From Eledone cirrhosa (lineage: Eukaryota), in assembly GCA_964016885.1 (NCBI GenBank), contig OZ024742.1:312232001-312296000 (forward strand): a stretch of DNA of 64,000 nucleotides, read 5' to 3'. Below, piece after piece: positions 11,629 through 25,244 of this stretch (position 1 is its first letter; each line of letters starts with the position of its first letter). Position numbers and translations under genes: made by a program. Below the pieces are notes generated by a model that did not search any database, was not told where the DNA came from, and saw only the letters and a program-made list of their open reading frames with translations.

Positions 11629-12738
11629 GATCACTGGAGATTGAGAAATGATACTCCAAGAGGGCATAGATCACTGGTATGATGTACAACAGAGGAAAAG
11701 GAAGGGAGGACTAATTTCACTACACTTGGAATATGAAATTTGTTTTTTAAATATCTCTTCAAACATGAATATTTTTAGTGAAAATGACAGTTACAAGGAA
11801 AATGATTTCCCTAAATGAAAAAATAAAAATAAAAACCTAAGCCAAAAATGTCCTTGAAGATGACCACAAGTGTGATTGAAAGTAATAAACAAAATATAGC
11901 AAAATATTTATGCAAATTTCTGGCATTAATCTGTAACCACCACAGTGAATAGAGTAGAATCTATAATGGTGGATACCATCAAGAAGTTTGAAGTGATTTA
12001 GTAACATAACTTTTTCATTTTTAAGCTGGTGTTTGGGACATAACTTAATAAAGGTTGTTACATAAAATTATGATGGAATGTTATTAGATAAATATCAACA
12101 TTTTAAAACAGTTTTGTATTGTAGAAACAGGGTCAGTTTCTGGCAGTTTGGTATCGAAGCAGTTAAGAATAAATTACACAGTACATCCTACCTAATATAC
12201 AAAATATCAGATTTGAAATCTGAGATCCAATTTAGTCAGACTGAAGCTCAAATGTAAAAGTAGAACATATTAATTGTAAGCCATTCACAGAAGGAATTTT
12301 AAACAGGACTTCAGTTCCACTTCAGTAATTAACAACAGGTGAAAGGAAGAAATCAGACCCTTAGTCATGTTGTATAGGAGTGGAACAACTTCAACTAACC
12401 AGAAGCCACACAAATATAACAACCTCCCTGATATTATGTGTCAAAAGATATCTGCAACACACAAAGCACAAAAGAAAGCCCCCCCCCCCCCCCCGCCAAT
12501 AATAATAATAATATATATATATATATATAAAATAAATCATATTGTTGGCTACTTGCCCCTATTGCCACCTCATATCTATCTATAATTGACAGCACCCATT
12601 TATAGGAATTGGAAGCAATTCACCTGCTAGGACCCTAGAAAAAGAAGACCTCTGTAAAAACATTTCATACATAAGAGATAGAAAGAGATAGGTGTGAAAA
12701 TGTGTGAAACAGGGGGGAGACAATTATATACACACACA

Positions 12739-12853
12739 CAGAGTGTCCAAAAAGATTGCATACACACTTCAACAGCATTCGAATAAATATTGCCTGTACA
12801 GGTAATCAAAGTGTGTATACATTTACTTTTTTGGGGGGAGGGGGGACAGCCTG
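12739..12853. mobile_element. Tc1/mariner-type MITE (uninterrupted homologue of 1356-1493)
   Basis: Internal sequence is the reverse complement of the 1356 copy without the RTE tail; related small copy at ~17894-17965. Confidence 0.75.
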
Positions 12854-14519
12854 TATACATGTGTGTGTGTATGTGTGTATACACACATACATACATATAT
12901 ATATATACACACATACAGAGAGAGGGCAGGGCTGGAAGATATAGAAAAAGGCAAACATCAAGTGTGGCATATTGGCTTATATGTGGAAATTAATCTTTTG
13001 TACAAGCTACAAAACCATTAGTAAGTCATCCTACTCTTCAAATTAAAATTTCCTCAAAAATCCCATTTTCTGACATATACAAACAACATCACTATAACAT
13101 CAGTAATTCTACTACTACCATCATCATCATAATTTATTAAGGACTAGAGCAATGGAGTTCACAGAAATGATAGAGGACAAAATATGTTCCATCATTTAGT
13201 TTGGAACCTAGTGCTTAAGAATCCAACTTATTCTGAAACAATTTGACATATTTTCCTCTCAGTGTGTCTATAAAATAATTATGTATCAGTAATATATCAG
13301 GGAAGTTTATATATCTTCTAAACCTACCTAAAAAGTCATTAGGCTGTCAGATTAAAAATGCCTCACTGCACTCGGGGCTCAAATACTTGTGGTCAACTTT
13401 GCTTTTCATCCTAAGGTACTGGAGTTGGACGTCTCTATCCCTCTCTTTCTCTCTCTGGGAAAATCAGTAGTGCTCCGACTCCGAGGGAGATGGGCTCTGC
13501 CAGGTTTAAAATACTCAAGTCACACTGTATGCTATGACAGTACCCAGACAACTCCATCAAGAATGATGGGACCATTATTTACCTTTTTACTTTTTAATAC
13601 TAACCGAAAGAGTTGGCTTTAAGAGAATAGAACATTACAGAACTATCCATGACAGTATTTAGCTTTGTTCTTATTAGGTTCCAAGTTCAAACACAGCTGT
13701 AGTCAAGTGTAATGGTCACCTTTGCAGGATCAATAAAAGGTAAACACCAATAAATCATACTAAATTAGGCTATGAAAATTTTAGAACAGGTACACTGAAT
13801 ACCTGCATGTAAAAGTTTAGTATCAACAAGGTCCTCCTGGTCCTAAAACACTGATTCTAAAAGAACCCCATGAGTATGAAAATTGTTATGGGGCTGGCAA
13901 AAAACAAAAACAAAACAAAATGTCCATAAAACATCTGTAGAGAGAGGGCGGGAGAGAGAAACATTTGTTGAGAGTCAAATAAAATTTGAAGAAGCTCTTG
14001 GTTACAAATCAGATGAGAATATCTGATATGGACGAGTTCTCAAAAAGAAAAGCAACATTGTTTTTAACCTAGATAAAAAACGAGAATCTACAAAATGCTT
14101 TCAACATAAGCTCTTTGTCTAAGAGGTATCCCTCTACATGGTCACCAAACTTGCTAGAAATGGCAACTAAATATCCTTCAGATCATATCCTACTGTCTTA
14201 AAAAAGAAGACCATACATTAGATAATGTAGTCCAAGACCCCTAACCCTTTTCAGTACCAATCAGCCTTGAACCACTTCTGGTTCTATGACAAAACAGTCC
14301 ATTTTAAAGTGTTGATCTAAATTGTTGATTCTAACATATCTACAAAAACAAAAGTGAGATTATTCAATGGTACAGTGGAATCAATTTTACTGTATTCCTG
14401 TGAATCATGGTCAGTGACAATACTTCATGCCAAAGCTTTAGATGGTTGCTACACCTGAATGTTAAGAAATATAAATAAAAAAAAAATAAAACCTCTTGAC
14501 TGTGTATTACAAACAAAAT

Positions 14520-14750
14520 TCTCGATGGCAACCTCCTGACCATTAGCCATACCATCCATATCAGGCATCTCCAACTTGCAGGTCATGTCATGATAGGCAA
14601 CAAATCTGCCACAAACACGGAAGACCTCTCAAGATATTAAAAAGTAATTGAGGAAGATACAGAATTGTTTGGTGAAGAACTGAGGCAGTTAATGTTCGAT
14701 GGTGTGAGATGGAAAGGTTTTATCATGTCACCACAAAGAAGTGGAGGAAT
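14520..14750 (+). pseudogene. Highly decayed LINE C-terminal remnant
   Basis: Translates HTIHIRHLQLAGHVM, like the R-R-L-x-x-x-G-H motif near the end of RTE-group ORFs. Confidence 0.4.
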
Positions 14751-14776
14751 TTAGTAGTTAGTAATAGTATATTTAA

Positions 14777-14981
14777 CCCTTTAGCATTTACATTACTCTA
14801 TATTTACTATTGTAATTTCACAGTAAAGGCTTTACCTCACATAATATCAAATCTATGAGATTTTGATATATATTTTGAGAAGAATACCTTAACATCAGTA
14901 TGAGTGGCCGGTTATGGCTGGTTTCAACAGAAAGAGGTGAGAGAATTCTGGCCAGATATGGCCAGTTTAAATACTAAAGGG
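14777..14981. mobile_element. TTAA-flanked piggyBac-like MITE, family A (~205 bp)
   Basis: TTAA|CCCTTTAGCATTTA ... TAAATACTAAAGGG|TTAA; further copies at ~10520-10735, 17129-17280, 17298-17487, 23150-23348, ~23510-23671, ~24140-24285, 24490-24672, ~24985-25070, ~50738-50945, ~53398-53544, 53575-53809. Confidence 0.88.
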
Positions 14982-15285
14982 TTAAATGAAAACCTTCCAT
15001 CCTAATCTTATGTAAGAACTTTGTTGTCAGATTTTTAACACGAACATAAAGACATAACAACCTCACCAGTGTTGATGCCACAATAAGATGCACACGTAGA
15101 GAGCAGAAATGTATGTAAGCAGGAAGTTGGGCCCAAGTTTGCCTGAGAGGTCAGCAGCTTCGATTAAGTATTGACTTGGTTTGTGGCAGCCCTTGCTTGC
15201 AGGGAAAACGGATGTTAAAGGATGATGATGATGATGATGACACATTTATTTAGGGATTTTAGAACAAACAATCACATGTACACAG

Positions 15286-15328
<43 letters not shown>

Positions 15329-16079
15329 CACACACACACACACTTCAACAGACGCCGCAAACAACAGCTGACACAGACATATTTACACACTGAGTACATA
15401 GAGACATAGCCTCACGTACACACAGATATAGACACATTGAGTATACACAGGACTTAAAGCAACACACACTCCTACATAGACACAGCTATGTTTACATATT
15501 ATTGAGTACATACATACTTATAGCCTGACCAACACACACATACACTGATGTTTACACACTGACACATTGAGTACATAGAGACTTATAGCCTCACATACAC
15601 ACACACACACATACATTAAATCTTATATCCACATACACACACACACACACATACATTAAACCTTATGGCCACATACATACACACAGATATGTTTAATTAG
15701 ATTCTATTAAATTGCAGCACTGCCACATTGAAATCAATGTTAGCCAGACAAATTCCAGCGAAAATCAAAATGACTATATTTATTCTACAGTTTGGCTAAA
15801 CTAACTCACTTCTTTGGCCAATTTTATTTATTTCATCCCAAACCAGATCAATAATCTAGTGGGGCTGGTTGATGATGGTGATGATGATGATGATGATGAC
15901 AGTGGCAATGGCATAGCCACTGCTCGATGATGATGATGATGATGTCAATACCACAACCAATGATGTATAATTACCAAGCTTAATCAGTATGACACAATAT
16001 TTGATAAGGTTGCCTTTTTTTAATTACAGGTAAACATCTATTTTCAGGTTCTTCTATACAGCTTCTTTTTCATTTTTGC

Positions 16080-16255
16080 TCACTTATTCCTGGGAGGGTT
16101 GTAGGGGCAGAGTCCTCAAAGACGCCTCCCAGAAGGTCCTGCCATAAGTAATTGTCTCCAATTGATTTGGCTGGATCCTCAAACGAGATCAGTTGAGCTT
16201 GTGTATGTTATTCAACTATCTTGCTTAGGGTCTACACCTGGGTCTCCTGCTAGTC
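16080..16255 (-). pseudogene. Decayed RTE (Expander-like) 3' end
   Basis: Minus strand reads RRPRCRP...RLRIQPNQLE...RTFWEASLRTLPLQP, resembling RTE C-termini; contains stops. Confidence 0.4.
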
Positions 16256-16479
16256 AGGTAAAATTCATTTTGAAAGACTTCTATACATTCTCTGTCAACC
16301 AAATTTCATTTACAAGGCTGAGGTCAACCCAAGTTTTATAACTAAAATGGAAGACACTTTGCCAAGATGTCTTGCAGTGAGGTTGAACCTGGAATCTTAT
16401 GATTGTGAAATGAACTTCTTAACCTATCAACCATGTCTATATGTACAATATAACAAAACTGATTTGGATTGGCTTTGAC

Positions 16480-17055
16480 GCATAGTTATGACCCTTGCCA
16501 TTCATCCTTACGGGGTCAATAAGATAAAGTACCAGTAATACACTGGGTAATTTGCTGGCCTTGTGCCAAAATTAGAAACAATTATTATTATTATCATTAT
16601 CATATTGGCAGTATCAATAGAGGGTCTAACACTATGCTTTGCGGTACAGAGTTACGGCCCTTTACGTTCTGTGTTCAAATCCAGCTGAGGTTAACTTTGC
16701 CGTTCATCCTTAAGGGGTCGATAAAACAAAGTACCAGGGAGGCACTGGGGTTGATTTAATCGACTTTCGCCTCCCCCAAAATTGCTGGCCTTGTGCCTAT
16801 ATAAGAAATCATTATTATTATTAAGAGAGATGAGGGCTTTGGATTGCCAGTATCGGTAGAGTATCGGACATGCTTTGCATTATATAGTTACGCCCTTTAC
16901 ATTCTGGGTTCTAACCTTGTTGAGGATAGCTTTGCCTTTCATCCTTACAGGGTCGATAAAACAAAACACCAGTAATGCACGGGGGGGGGGGGGGGGTTAA
17001 TTAACATTCCCCTCTCCTAAAAATGTTGGTCTTGTGCCTAAATCAGAAGCCATTG
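16480..17055 (+). mobile_element. Head-to-tail array of three family-2 SINEs
   Basis: Three successive TTCATCCTTA.GGGGTC.ATAA bodies, each followed by a CTTGTGCC tail. Confidence 0.8.
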
Positions 17056-17532
17056 GTAAGAACAGCCAATAAGACAGTGTCTGTGAAGATACACAGCTTG
17101 CTAGAAATAATAGTGAAATCTCCTTTAACCCTTTAGCATTTAAACTGGCCAGATACAGCCAGAATTCTCACCTCTTTCTGTTCAAATTGGCTGTAACCGG
17201 CTATTCATACTGATGTTAAGGTATTGTTCTCAAAATAGATGTCAAAATCTCATAGATTCGATACTATATGAGGTAAAGGTTGGAGTGAACGTTTTAACCC
17301 TTTAGCATTTAAACCGGCTGTATCCAGCCAGAATTCTCTCACCAGTTTCTGTTCAAACCGGCCGTAACTAGCCACTCAAATAAATAAATAATATCAAAAT
17401 CTCATAGATATGATATTATGTGAAATAAAGCCTTTACCAAGAAAATACAATATACAGTATATATAGAGTAATGCAAATGCTAAAGGGTTAAATTACATCT
17501 TACTGTCCTATTAAAAAAAAAAAAAAGATATA

Positions 17533-17610
17533 CAGGGTATCTACAAAGTCACTAGACAATTATATATATATATTTGTATAAAATTGTCTAGTGACTTTGT
17601 GGACACCCTG
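17533..17610. mobile_element. 78-bp Tc1/mariner-type MITE
   Basis: TA|CAGGGTATCTACAAAGTCACTAGACAATT ... AATTGTCTAGTGACTTTGTGGACACCCTG|TA. Confidence 0.85.
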
Positions 17611-17984
17611 TATTATTGTTCACAGCTGGAATGCCTTTAATCATAGGTTTGATCAACCAGGACTAACATGGGGCTAAATAACAACAGCAGGAAACCAGGC
17701 TAGTTATAACTGACTGAAATGTTTTGTCCAATCAGCTGCTACCATATAGTTTTCTCTCTAATCCTTTCCCTAACCACAAGGAGAGATCCATAGCACTGGT
17801 GCTTATCAATGGTTGTCATCCACCCTTCTCTCTCATTCTAATCAATAAAAGAAAGGAGCAAAATAAACAATAAAAATTAAATATATATATGTATAGGGTG
17901 TCCTCAAAAATGAATACACACTTCAGTACCATTCTAATAAGTGTGTATATACTTTTGGGACACTGTGTGTGTGTGTGTGTGTGT

Positions 17985-18380
17985 GGAGGCACATGGCTTA
18001 GTGGTTAGAGCATTGGCCTTGCAATCGAAAGGTTGTGAGTTCAATTCGCAGACCGGGTGATGTGTTGTTTCCTTGAGCAAGACACTTTATTTCACATTGC
18101 TCCAGTTTATTCAGCTGTAGAAATGAGATGATAGGGACTGGGGTCCCTATCATTCCACTGCAAAGTGGTCGTAGAGGTGCCACGGCAAAAAAAAAAAAAA
18201 GCACCCAGCCCACACTGTAAAGTTGACGTGTAGGCGCCATGGAAAACAAGCACCCAACACTCACTGTAAAAGAGGTTGGTGTTAGGAAGGGCATCCAGCT
18301 GTAGAAATCAAGCCAGAATCAGTTCCTGTCCCACCCTTGCAAGCAGGGAAAAGCAGACGTAAAATGATGATGATGATGAT
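17985..18380 (+). mobile_element. Composite SINE: tRNA head + body + two 49-nt modules + GGAAGGGCATCC box + RTE tail B
   Basis: A/B boxes at ~17993-18050; module shared with 5727-5877; tail CCCACCCTTGCAAGCAGGGAAAAGCAGACGTAAAA(TGA)n almost identical to the end of the LINE at 62461-62516. Confidence 0.85.
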
Positions 18381-18396
18381 ATATATATATATATAG

Positions 18397-18790
18397 GTGA
18401 AGAGTTGGCTTTGTGGTTAAGGAATTTACTTTGTAATCACGTGGTGTGGATTCAGTCCCATAGCCCATCACCTTGGGCAAGTATCTTTTACTATAACTTC
18501 AGGTTTATCAATACCAATGCCTAGTGAGTGAAATTTGGTAAGCAGAAACTGTGAAAAAGCCTCTCGGATGTGTGTTGTGTATATGAGCATGAACATGTTT
18601 ATTGTTTGTTTGTAATGCTTAATTTTGTAGTTCAACAAACAGAGATCATTAAAATAAGTAGCAGATTACAAAAATATAAATAATATAAGTACTGGGATTG
18701 ATATAATTCACTAAATCCATTGAAGGTGGTGCCCCAGCATATCCACAGTCTAATGATAGAACCCAGTAAAAGAACAAAAGAATCCAAGGA
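18397..18790 (+). mobile_element. tRNA-headed SINE, family 1
   Basis: TGGCTTTGTGGTTAAG, GGATTCAGTCCC, CACCTTGGGCAAGT, and a 3' part as in 199-540. Confidence 0.7.
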
Positions 18791-18904
18791 AAAAAAAGGA
18801 GAGGTATGGTGAGAAATAAGATGGATATGTAAAGAAAGGGAAACAAATATAAAATGAAGGAAATAGTGAAGATGAGGAAGAGAAATGAGATATAGAAGTA
18901 AAAG

Positions 18905-18982
<78 letters not shown>

Positions 18983-19848
18983 GAGGATGGTGGGAAAAGG
19001 GTGAGGTGGATTGAAAGAACAAATAGAGAGGAAGTGAAGAGTAAGGAGAAGTGGGGGAGAGAGATGGAGAGAGAGAGAGAAAGAAGAGGGAGAGATAGAT
19101 ATTCATTTACTGAAGGAATAGGGGGTTTGGATGGCCAATGAAAAGGTATGGAGGAGAGAGAGAGAGACGTGTTTGCTGAAAAGATAGGACAGAGAGAGAG
19201 AGAGACGTGTTTGCTGAAAAGATAGGACAGAGAGAGAGACAGACTCATTTATTGAAAAGGTAAGAAAGAGAGGGAGATGTAAGCAATGGCAAGAAGAAGA
19301 AAAGATTCAGAAGAAATAAGAAAATGTGAGGAAGATAGATATGAGAAAAGGAGGATAAGAAGCATCTTATCCACCCCCCCCTCAACCTTCTAAAACTATC
19401 ACCACAACCTCTACCACCAAAAAACATATTTACTACAAAAATATAATAATCTTAACAAAAAACTAGAAAAAAAAAAGAAAGAAAAAAAAAATCTAAAACT
19501 TCCCCACCAGTTTTTTGGTGATAGCTTCATTAGGCAGCAAACGATGTGTCAAATGTGATTTAGTTGATCAGAGAGCATGTTATAGACAACAAAGTTATTC
19601 TTCTCACCAATTTCACACAGTGTGAGAGAAGGGGTGAGGTGGAGAGAGGTGTAGTGAAGAGAGAGAGAGAGAGAGGTACCGTGGAGAGGGAAGCGCAGAG
19701 AGATGGGGTGAGGTGGAGAGATAGAGAGGGGCAGGGCGAGGTTGTGAGATAGTGAGAGTGAGAGAGAGATGGAGTGAGGTGAAGAGAGGTGGTGGGGTGG
19801 AGAGAGGGTGAGGTGGAGAGGAGGTGAGGTGGAGAGAGGGTGAGGAGC

Positions 19849-19882
<34 letters not shown>

Positions 19883-20089
19883 CAAAAGAGATAGAGAGAG
19901 GGGGGTGATGTTAAGAGACAGAGAGACAGACAATAAACCAATGAGCAATGTGCAGTGTGTTGAAATTCCTTGATTAAAAAACACACACAAACAAATGAAG
20001 AGTAAAGTAGAAGTAAAACAGAGAAGCAACAGCTCAGCTCCAGTAATTTGACAAGAACAAACTAGAAGCTGCTAACATAGAACAACAGA

Positions 20090-21140
20090 TAATAATGGTT
20101 TCTTATATAGGCACAAGGCCAGCAATTCCGGGGGAGGAGAAAGTCGATTAAATCAACCCCAGTGCATTACTTTTATTATATCAATCCTGTAAGGATGAAA
20201 GGGATTTGAACTCAGAACGTAATAATAATAATAATAATAATAAACCCATGCTAGCGCGGAAGATAGACGTTAAACGATGATGATGATGAATAATTGTTTC
20301 TACTTTTGGCACAAGGCCAGCAATTACCCAGTGCATTACTGGTACTTTATTTTATCGACCCCGAAAGGATGAATGGCAAGGGCCGTAACTCTATGCATCA
20401 AAGCATGGCGTCCAACCCTCTACCAATACTGCCAATCCACAATAATAATGGTTTCTTATATAGGCACAAAGCCAGTAATTTGGGGGGAGGGGAAAGTCGA
20501 TTAAATCGACCCCAGTGACTGGTACTTTATTTTATCGACCCCGTAAGAATGAAAGGTAAAGCTAACCTCAGCAGGATTTGAACTCCGAACATAATAATAA
20601 TGGTTTCTGATTTAGGCACAAGGCCAGCAATTTGGGGACAGGGGAAAATCGATGAAATTGACCCCGTAAAGATGAAAGGCAAAGCTAACCCCAGCGGCAT
20701 TTGAACCCAGAACATAAAGGGCCATAACTCTATGCTGCAAAGTATGGTGTCTGATGCTCTACTGATATTGCCAATCTACCGCCCTTGATTGTTTCTACTT
20801 TAGGCACAAGACCAGAAATTTTGGTGATGGAAAGCCGATTAAATCAACCTTAGTACTTTTATTTTATTGACTCTGTAAGGATGAAAGTGATTTGAACTCA
20901 GAATGTAATAATAATAATAATGATAATGATTTCTAATACAGGCACAAGGCCAGTAATTTGGGTGGAGGGGAAAGTCGATTGAATTGACCCCAGTATGCTA
21001 CTGGTGCTTTATTTTATCGACACCATAAGGATGAAAGGCAAAGCTAATCTTGGTGGGATTTGAACCCACACTGTAAAGGGCCGTAACTATGCCACAAAGT
21101 ATGTTGTCCAACACTCTACCAATACTGCCAATCCACATCC
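20090..21140 (-). mobile_element. Array of about five to six family-2 SINE units with an embedded RTE tail A (20243-20288, +)
   Basis: Repeated GGCACAAGGCCAG...TTTTATCGACCCC..AAGGATGAAAGGC units separated by (AAT)n. Confidence 0.85.
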
Positions 21141-21548
21141 TATACAATAAATGACCTCAGGACTGTGAAACAAACTTCTTAACCACTTAGCCGTACCTGC
21201 ATCCTAGTATTTCCTCAATAACATATCAGTTATTACATAAGAACCAAATGCAACTGTATTCCCTTTAAACTCTTTTGTGGACATATTTCTAATTAAATAC
21301 ACTGTCCTTATGATACAATTAATTTTGAAAATGATAACAAATTTAGAAAATTTTGTATCTGAAATTTCCATTATTTAGATGGTATTTGGAACATAATTAA
21401 ACAAAAGCTTAAAACTTTGATGGATAGAAAGGTGAAATTTTAAACTTTTAATTTGAAAATAAACATTCTAAATTTAATCTTTATTTTCTTCTCCTTTTAC
21501 ATATTTTTTTTTTTCTAACAGCTATGGTCGCCTCTAGTTGATCTAGGT

Positions 21549-21638
21549 CAGTGGTTACCAACCTTTTGGATCTCACGGACCACTAAATTCATAATTCTAA
21601 ATCCTGCGGACCACTAATATGAATTTTTTTAAAAGCTG
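21549..21638. mobile_element. 90-bp internally deleted Buster-type hAT MITE
   Basis: Left TIR CAGTGGTTACCAACC, terminal CTG, perfect 8-bp TSD ATCTAGGT at 21541-21548 and 21639-21646. Confidence 0.8.
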
Positions 21639-22509
21639 ATCTAGGTAACAATAACAAACTGATGATAAACATAGTATGAAGGTGTGAATGACTACAATTA
21701 GACTGTTAAAGGAGGTGACAAAATGATGTTCAAAAGACATGTGAAGCTGTGAAAATGAGAGTGTGTTACATTCATAATTTTTTTTTTTCACAAGGAAAAT
21801 TAGCTGTATAAGGAAAACAAAAATGCTAGAACTTAATAAGAACTGATTGACAGACACAGTTTCTGGAAGTTTCTAGATCTGTTTCATTAAGGAGCTTGCC
21901 ATGCCATGAAATATTTAACAAATTAGATTTAGTCCTCTTTATCCCAAATGGGTCATAAGAATGTAATAATTGTATTTGGTATCATACTGTGTCTTTGTAC
22001 CAGGTCAATATCGCCTCAAATCAGCAGAGGAGACCGGAACATCCATATCAAACAACAGCAAAAGGAAAATATGCATTAAAACTATGAAGGCGATAATAGA
22101 TAATTGTTATAAATAAATGTCAATGCATCATACCACAAATTTCATTAACTATTTATTGCAGACACATAAGTATACTACCATGATTTTGGTAGGGGTATGT
22201 TGGGAACAAGGTATAATAGAATACTTAATGATGTAATAAGAAACTAACTGTGATATAAAACTGCCTATAGAAGTAAGGAAATTTCTGTAAAATTTAATAC
22301 TTTCTCTTTAAAGATTATGTTATCCAATTGGTACATAGCAATAACACCATCTACCAAGTGTAAATTTGAAAATATTAAGTTTGAAACTGAATATAACAAA
22401 CTTCCAAAATAATGACCACACAGAGAATAACAGAAAGCCCAAGCTAACACCACTTGAAAACTGTTGTACAAATGAAGAATACTGCTGGCAGTCTTCTAGT
22501 CTGACTGTA

Positions 22510-22675
22510 TTCACTGCTGTCTGTTGTAAAGTGAACGCTGAGTAGACAATGTGTTCACTACTGTCTTACTGTACAAACAGTGTGTCCACTACTGTCTTTT
22601 GTAAAGTGAACACTGTACAAACAACGTGTCCATTGCTGTCTTTTGTGAAGTGAATACCGTACAGACGATGTGTAA
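22510..22675. repeat. Degenerate ~43-bp tandem repeat (about four units)
   Basis: Repeated CACT.CTGTCT...GTAAAGTGAAC.CTG...A.AC...GTGT just upstream of the pogo remnant. Confidence 0.6.
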
Positions 22676-22732
22676 AAGACCTAGTGCAGTATTTTCGACA
22701 TTTTATTGTTTATCATATGAAACATCGCAATG

Positions 22733-24130
22733 ATGCTTAAAGTTAGTGAGAAGAAGAAACAAAGGAAAGCCACATTAAAAGTTAGTTATAAACTAGATAT
22801 CATTAAGAAAATAGAATGAGAGGTATCAGTAGAAATGTGTTAATGACATAATATAACACTGAATCATTGATTTTATATGACATTCAGAATTCAAAAGAAA
22901 AGCTTTTAGATTTTATTGCAGGTTCTGAGCCTAACTATAAAATAGAAAATAGAAAAAAAATCTGTATAAAGCAAAATGTGGTAATTTAGTTAAAATATTG
23001 AATGAGTGGTTTTTAATGAAGTGATTAGAGGGTATAGCTATATTTGGGACTGATTTTAGCCATAGTTAAATATTCTAAAAAAGAAAATGATTTCAGAGAC
23101 CTCAATTGTTTTCTCATTATCAAACATTTTCTATGGCCTGATGGTTTAACCCTTTAGTGTTTAAACTGGTCATATCCAGCCAGAATTCTCTCACATCTTT
23201 CTGTTCAAACTGGCCACTCATACTGATGTTAAGGTATTGTTCTCAAAATAAATAACATCAAAATCTCATAGATACAATATTATGTGAAATAATTATGTAA
23301 GATAAAGTCTTTACTGCAAAAATACAATAGTAAAAATAGAGTAAAGGGTTAAGATATGATATAGAAGAAGAAAACTAAACAGTGCTGGCTAAAAATAACA
23401 AGCAGTAGGCTCAGAAGCAGCTATAACATACATTACATGATGATTGTCTCAAGCAACATGATCTTATAATGGAACAAATATAAAACACTGATGACCTGGA
23501 GATGATTACCAGAGTTCTCTCACCTCTTTCTGTTCAAACCGGCCGCAATTGGCCGCTCATACTTATGTTAAGGTATTGTTCTCAAAATCTCATACCTTCA
23601 ATATTATGTGAGATAAAGCCTTTACTGTGGAAATATAACAGTAAATATAGAGTAATGTAAATGCTAAAGGGTTAATAATGAAAAGGTTAATTATTTTTGT
23701 TCAATTCTCTAAATTTGTCATGATTTTCAAAATTTACTGAAACACATAGGTAGTGTATTTCATTAGAAATACAGTAGCAAAAGATTGCAAACATTCCGGT
23801 CTATTTTAGTTTCACAATTTAATTTATGGTACAGACAAAAGTGATTTTGATGATTTTAGTGTTAGTCAGAGCAGAAAAGAAATAATGTAGACAGTACAAA
23901 CAAACGTCCATACAATGTTCATTAGTGTCTTGAGGATAAAGATATTGGTGATTGGATTTCAATTGACAACGATATTGAATAAAAACAAACTTTTTCAGAT
24001 CAAGAGATTATCAACAGCATGGTTAATATCTCAAATCAAAATGCAGCTATTTATTTCAATGAAAATGATGACAGACACAAAACAATAAAAAAGATGGCTT
24101 GGTCTAAAACTCAGTTATATGTGGATACAA
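22733..24130 (+). pseudogene. pogo/Tigger (CENP-B/Jerky-like) transposase remnant, fragmented by MITEs
   Basis: MLKVSEKKKQRKATLKVSYKLDIIKKIE (psq-type HTH), YKAKCGNLVKILNEWF (CENP-B HTH), EQI*NTDD (cf. QIYNxDE) near 23470, DIGDWISIDND...FSDQEII near 23941; many stops and frameshifts. Confidence 0.7.
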
Positions 24131-25244
24131 TCCTCTCACAAAATATTGAATCTATGAGATTTTGATATTATTTATTTTGAGACCAATACCTTAACATAAG
24201 CATGAGCAGCCAGTTATAGCAGGTTTGAACAAAAAGAGGTGAGAGAATTCTGGTCAGATACAGCCAATTTAAATGGCTAAAGAGTTAACATCCTGCAATG
24301 ATTTAGCAGAAAATATTTAAAAACAGATTTGTCAAATCTCATGTTTATATTGTCTTTACTAGCAGTCAGATCTTTGTGAAAATTCGCAGTAAATTAAAAT
24401 AAAGAATTCAATTTTTAATCTGATTCAGTCAAGATGTTATTTTATGCTTTCCAACAGTATATGTGGTTTCATGTGGTAGAATATATTAACTCTTTAGCAT
24501 TTACATTATTCTATATTTACTATTATATTTTCACAGTAAAGGCTTTATCTAACATAATTATCTCACAAAATATCAAATCTATGAGATTTTGATATTTATT
24601 TTGAGAACAATACCTCAACATCAGTATGAGTGGCTATTCTGGTTGGGTACAGCCGGTTTAATTGCTAAAGGGTTAAACAGAATCCAAGCTTCTCTATACA
24701 ATAAGTTATTTCAACATGGCACAATGAGTTGTTTTCTATTATAGCCTTCGGTTAACCAAAGCTTTGGAAGTGAAATTTAATTGAAAGAAACTGTGCTGAA
24801 GCCTGTCATATATATATATGAGTGTGCGTGTGACTGTTGAGCTCTACACTGCTTACCAACCAGGCTTAAAGATATGTACTTATGTTAATATAATTGATTA
24901 TATTGTGCCTAAATCAAAAAACATTTTTAAGTTGGTGTTTGGGACATTACTAAACAAAAATTTCTTTTAAAAAATGTTATTCAACCCTTTAGCATTTAAA
25001 GCAGCTGTATCTGGCCAGAATTCTCTTACCTCTTTCTGTTCAAACCATCTGTAACCAGCCACTCATTCCAATATAATCAATTATATTAACATAAGTACAT
25101 ATCTTTAAGCTGGAACAATATCATTTTGTGATATTGTTCCAGCATGGCCACAGTTCAATGACTAAAACAAGTGAAATAGTAAAAAATTTTGAAGGGAAGA
25201 AATAAAATTGTTTGACATTCTGTGCCATTTGCAATACAATGGAA

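Noticed and set aside
11855-11885. TTGAAGATGACCAC...GATTGAAAG and similar text near 42893-42920
   Set aside because: Core C3 is missing and pairing is poor; at best very old Penelope debris.
17985-18060. Apparent tRNA gene (also 6717, 199, 18397)
   Set aside because: No proper acceptor stem or terminator; runs directly into SINE bodies.
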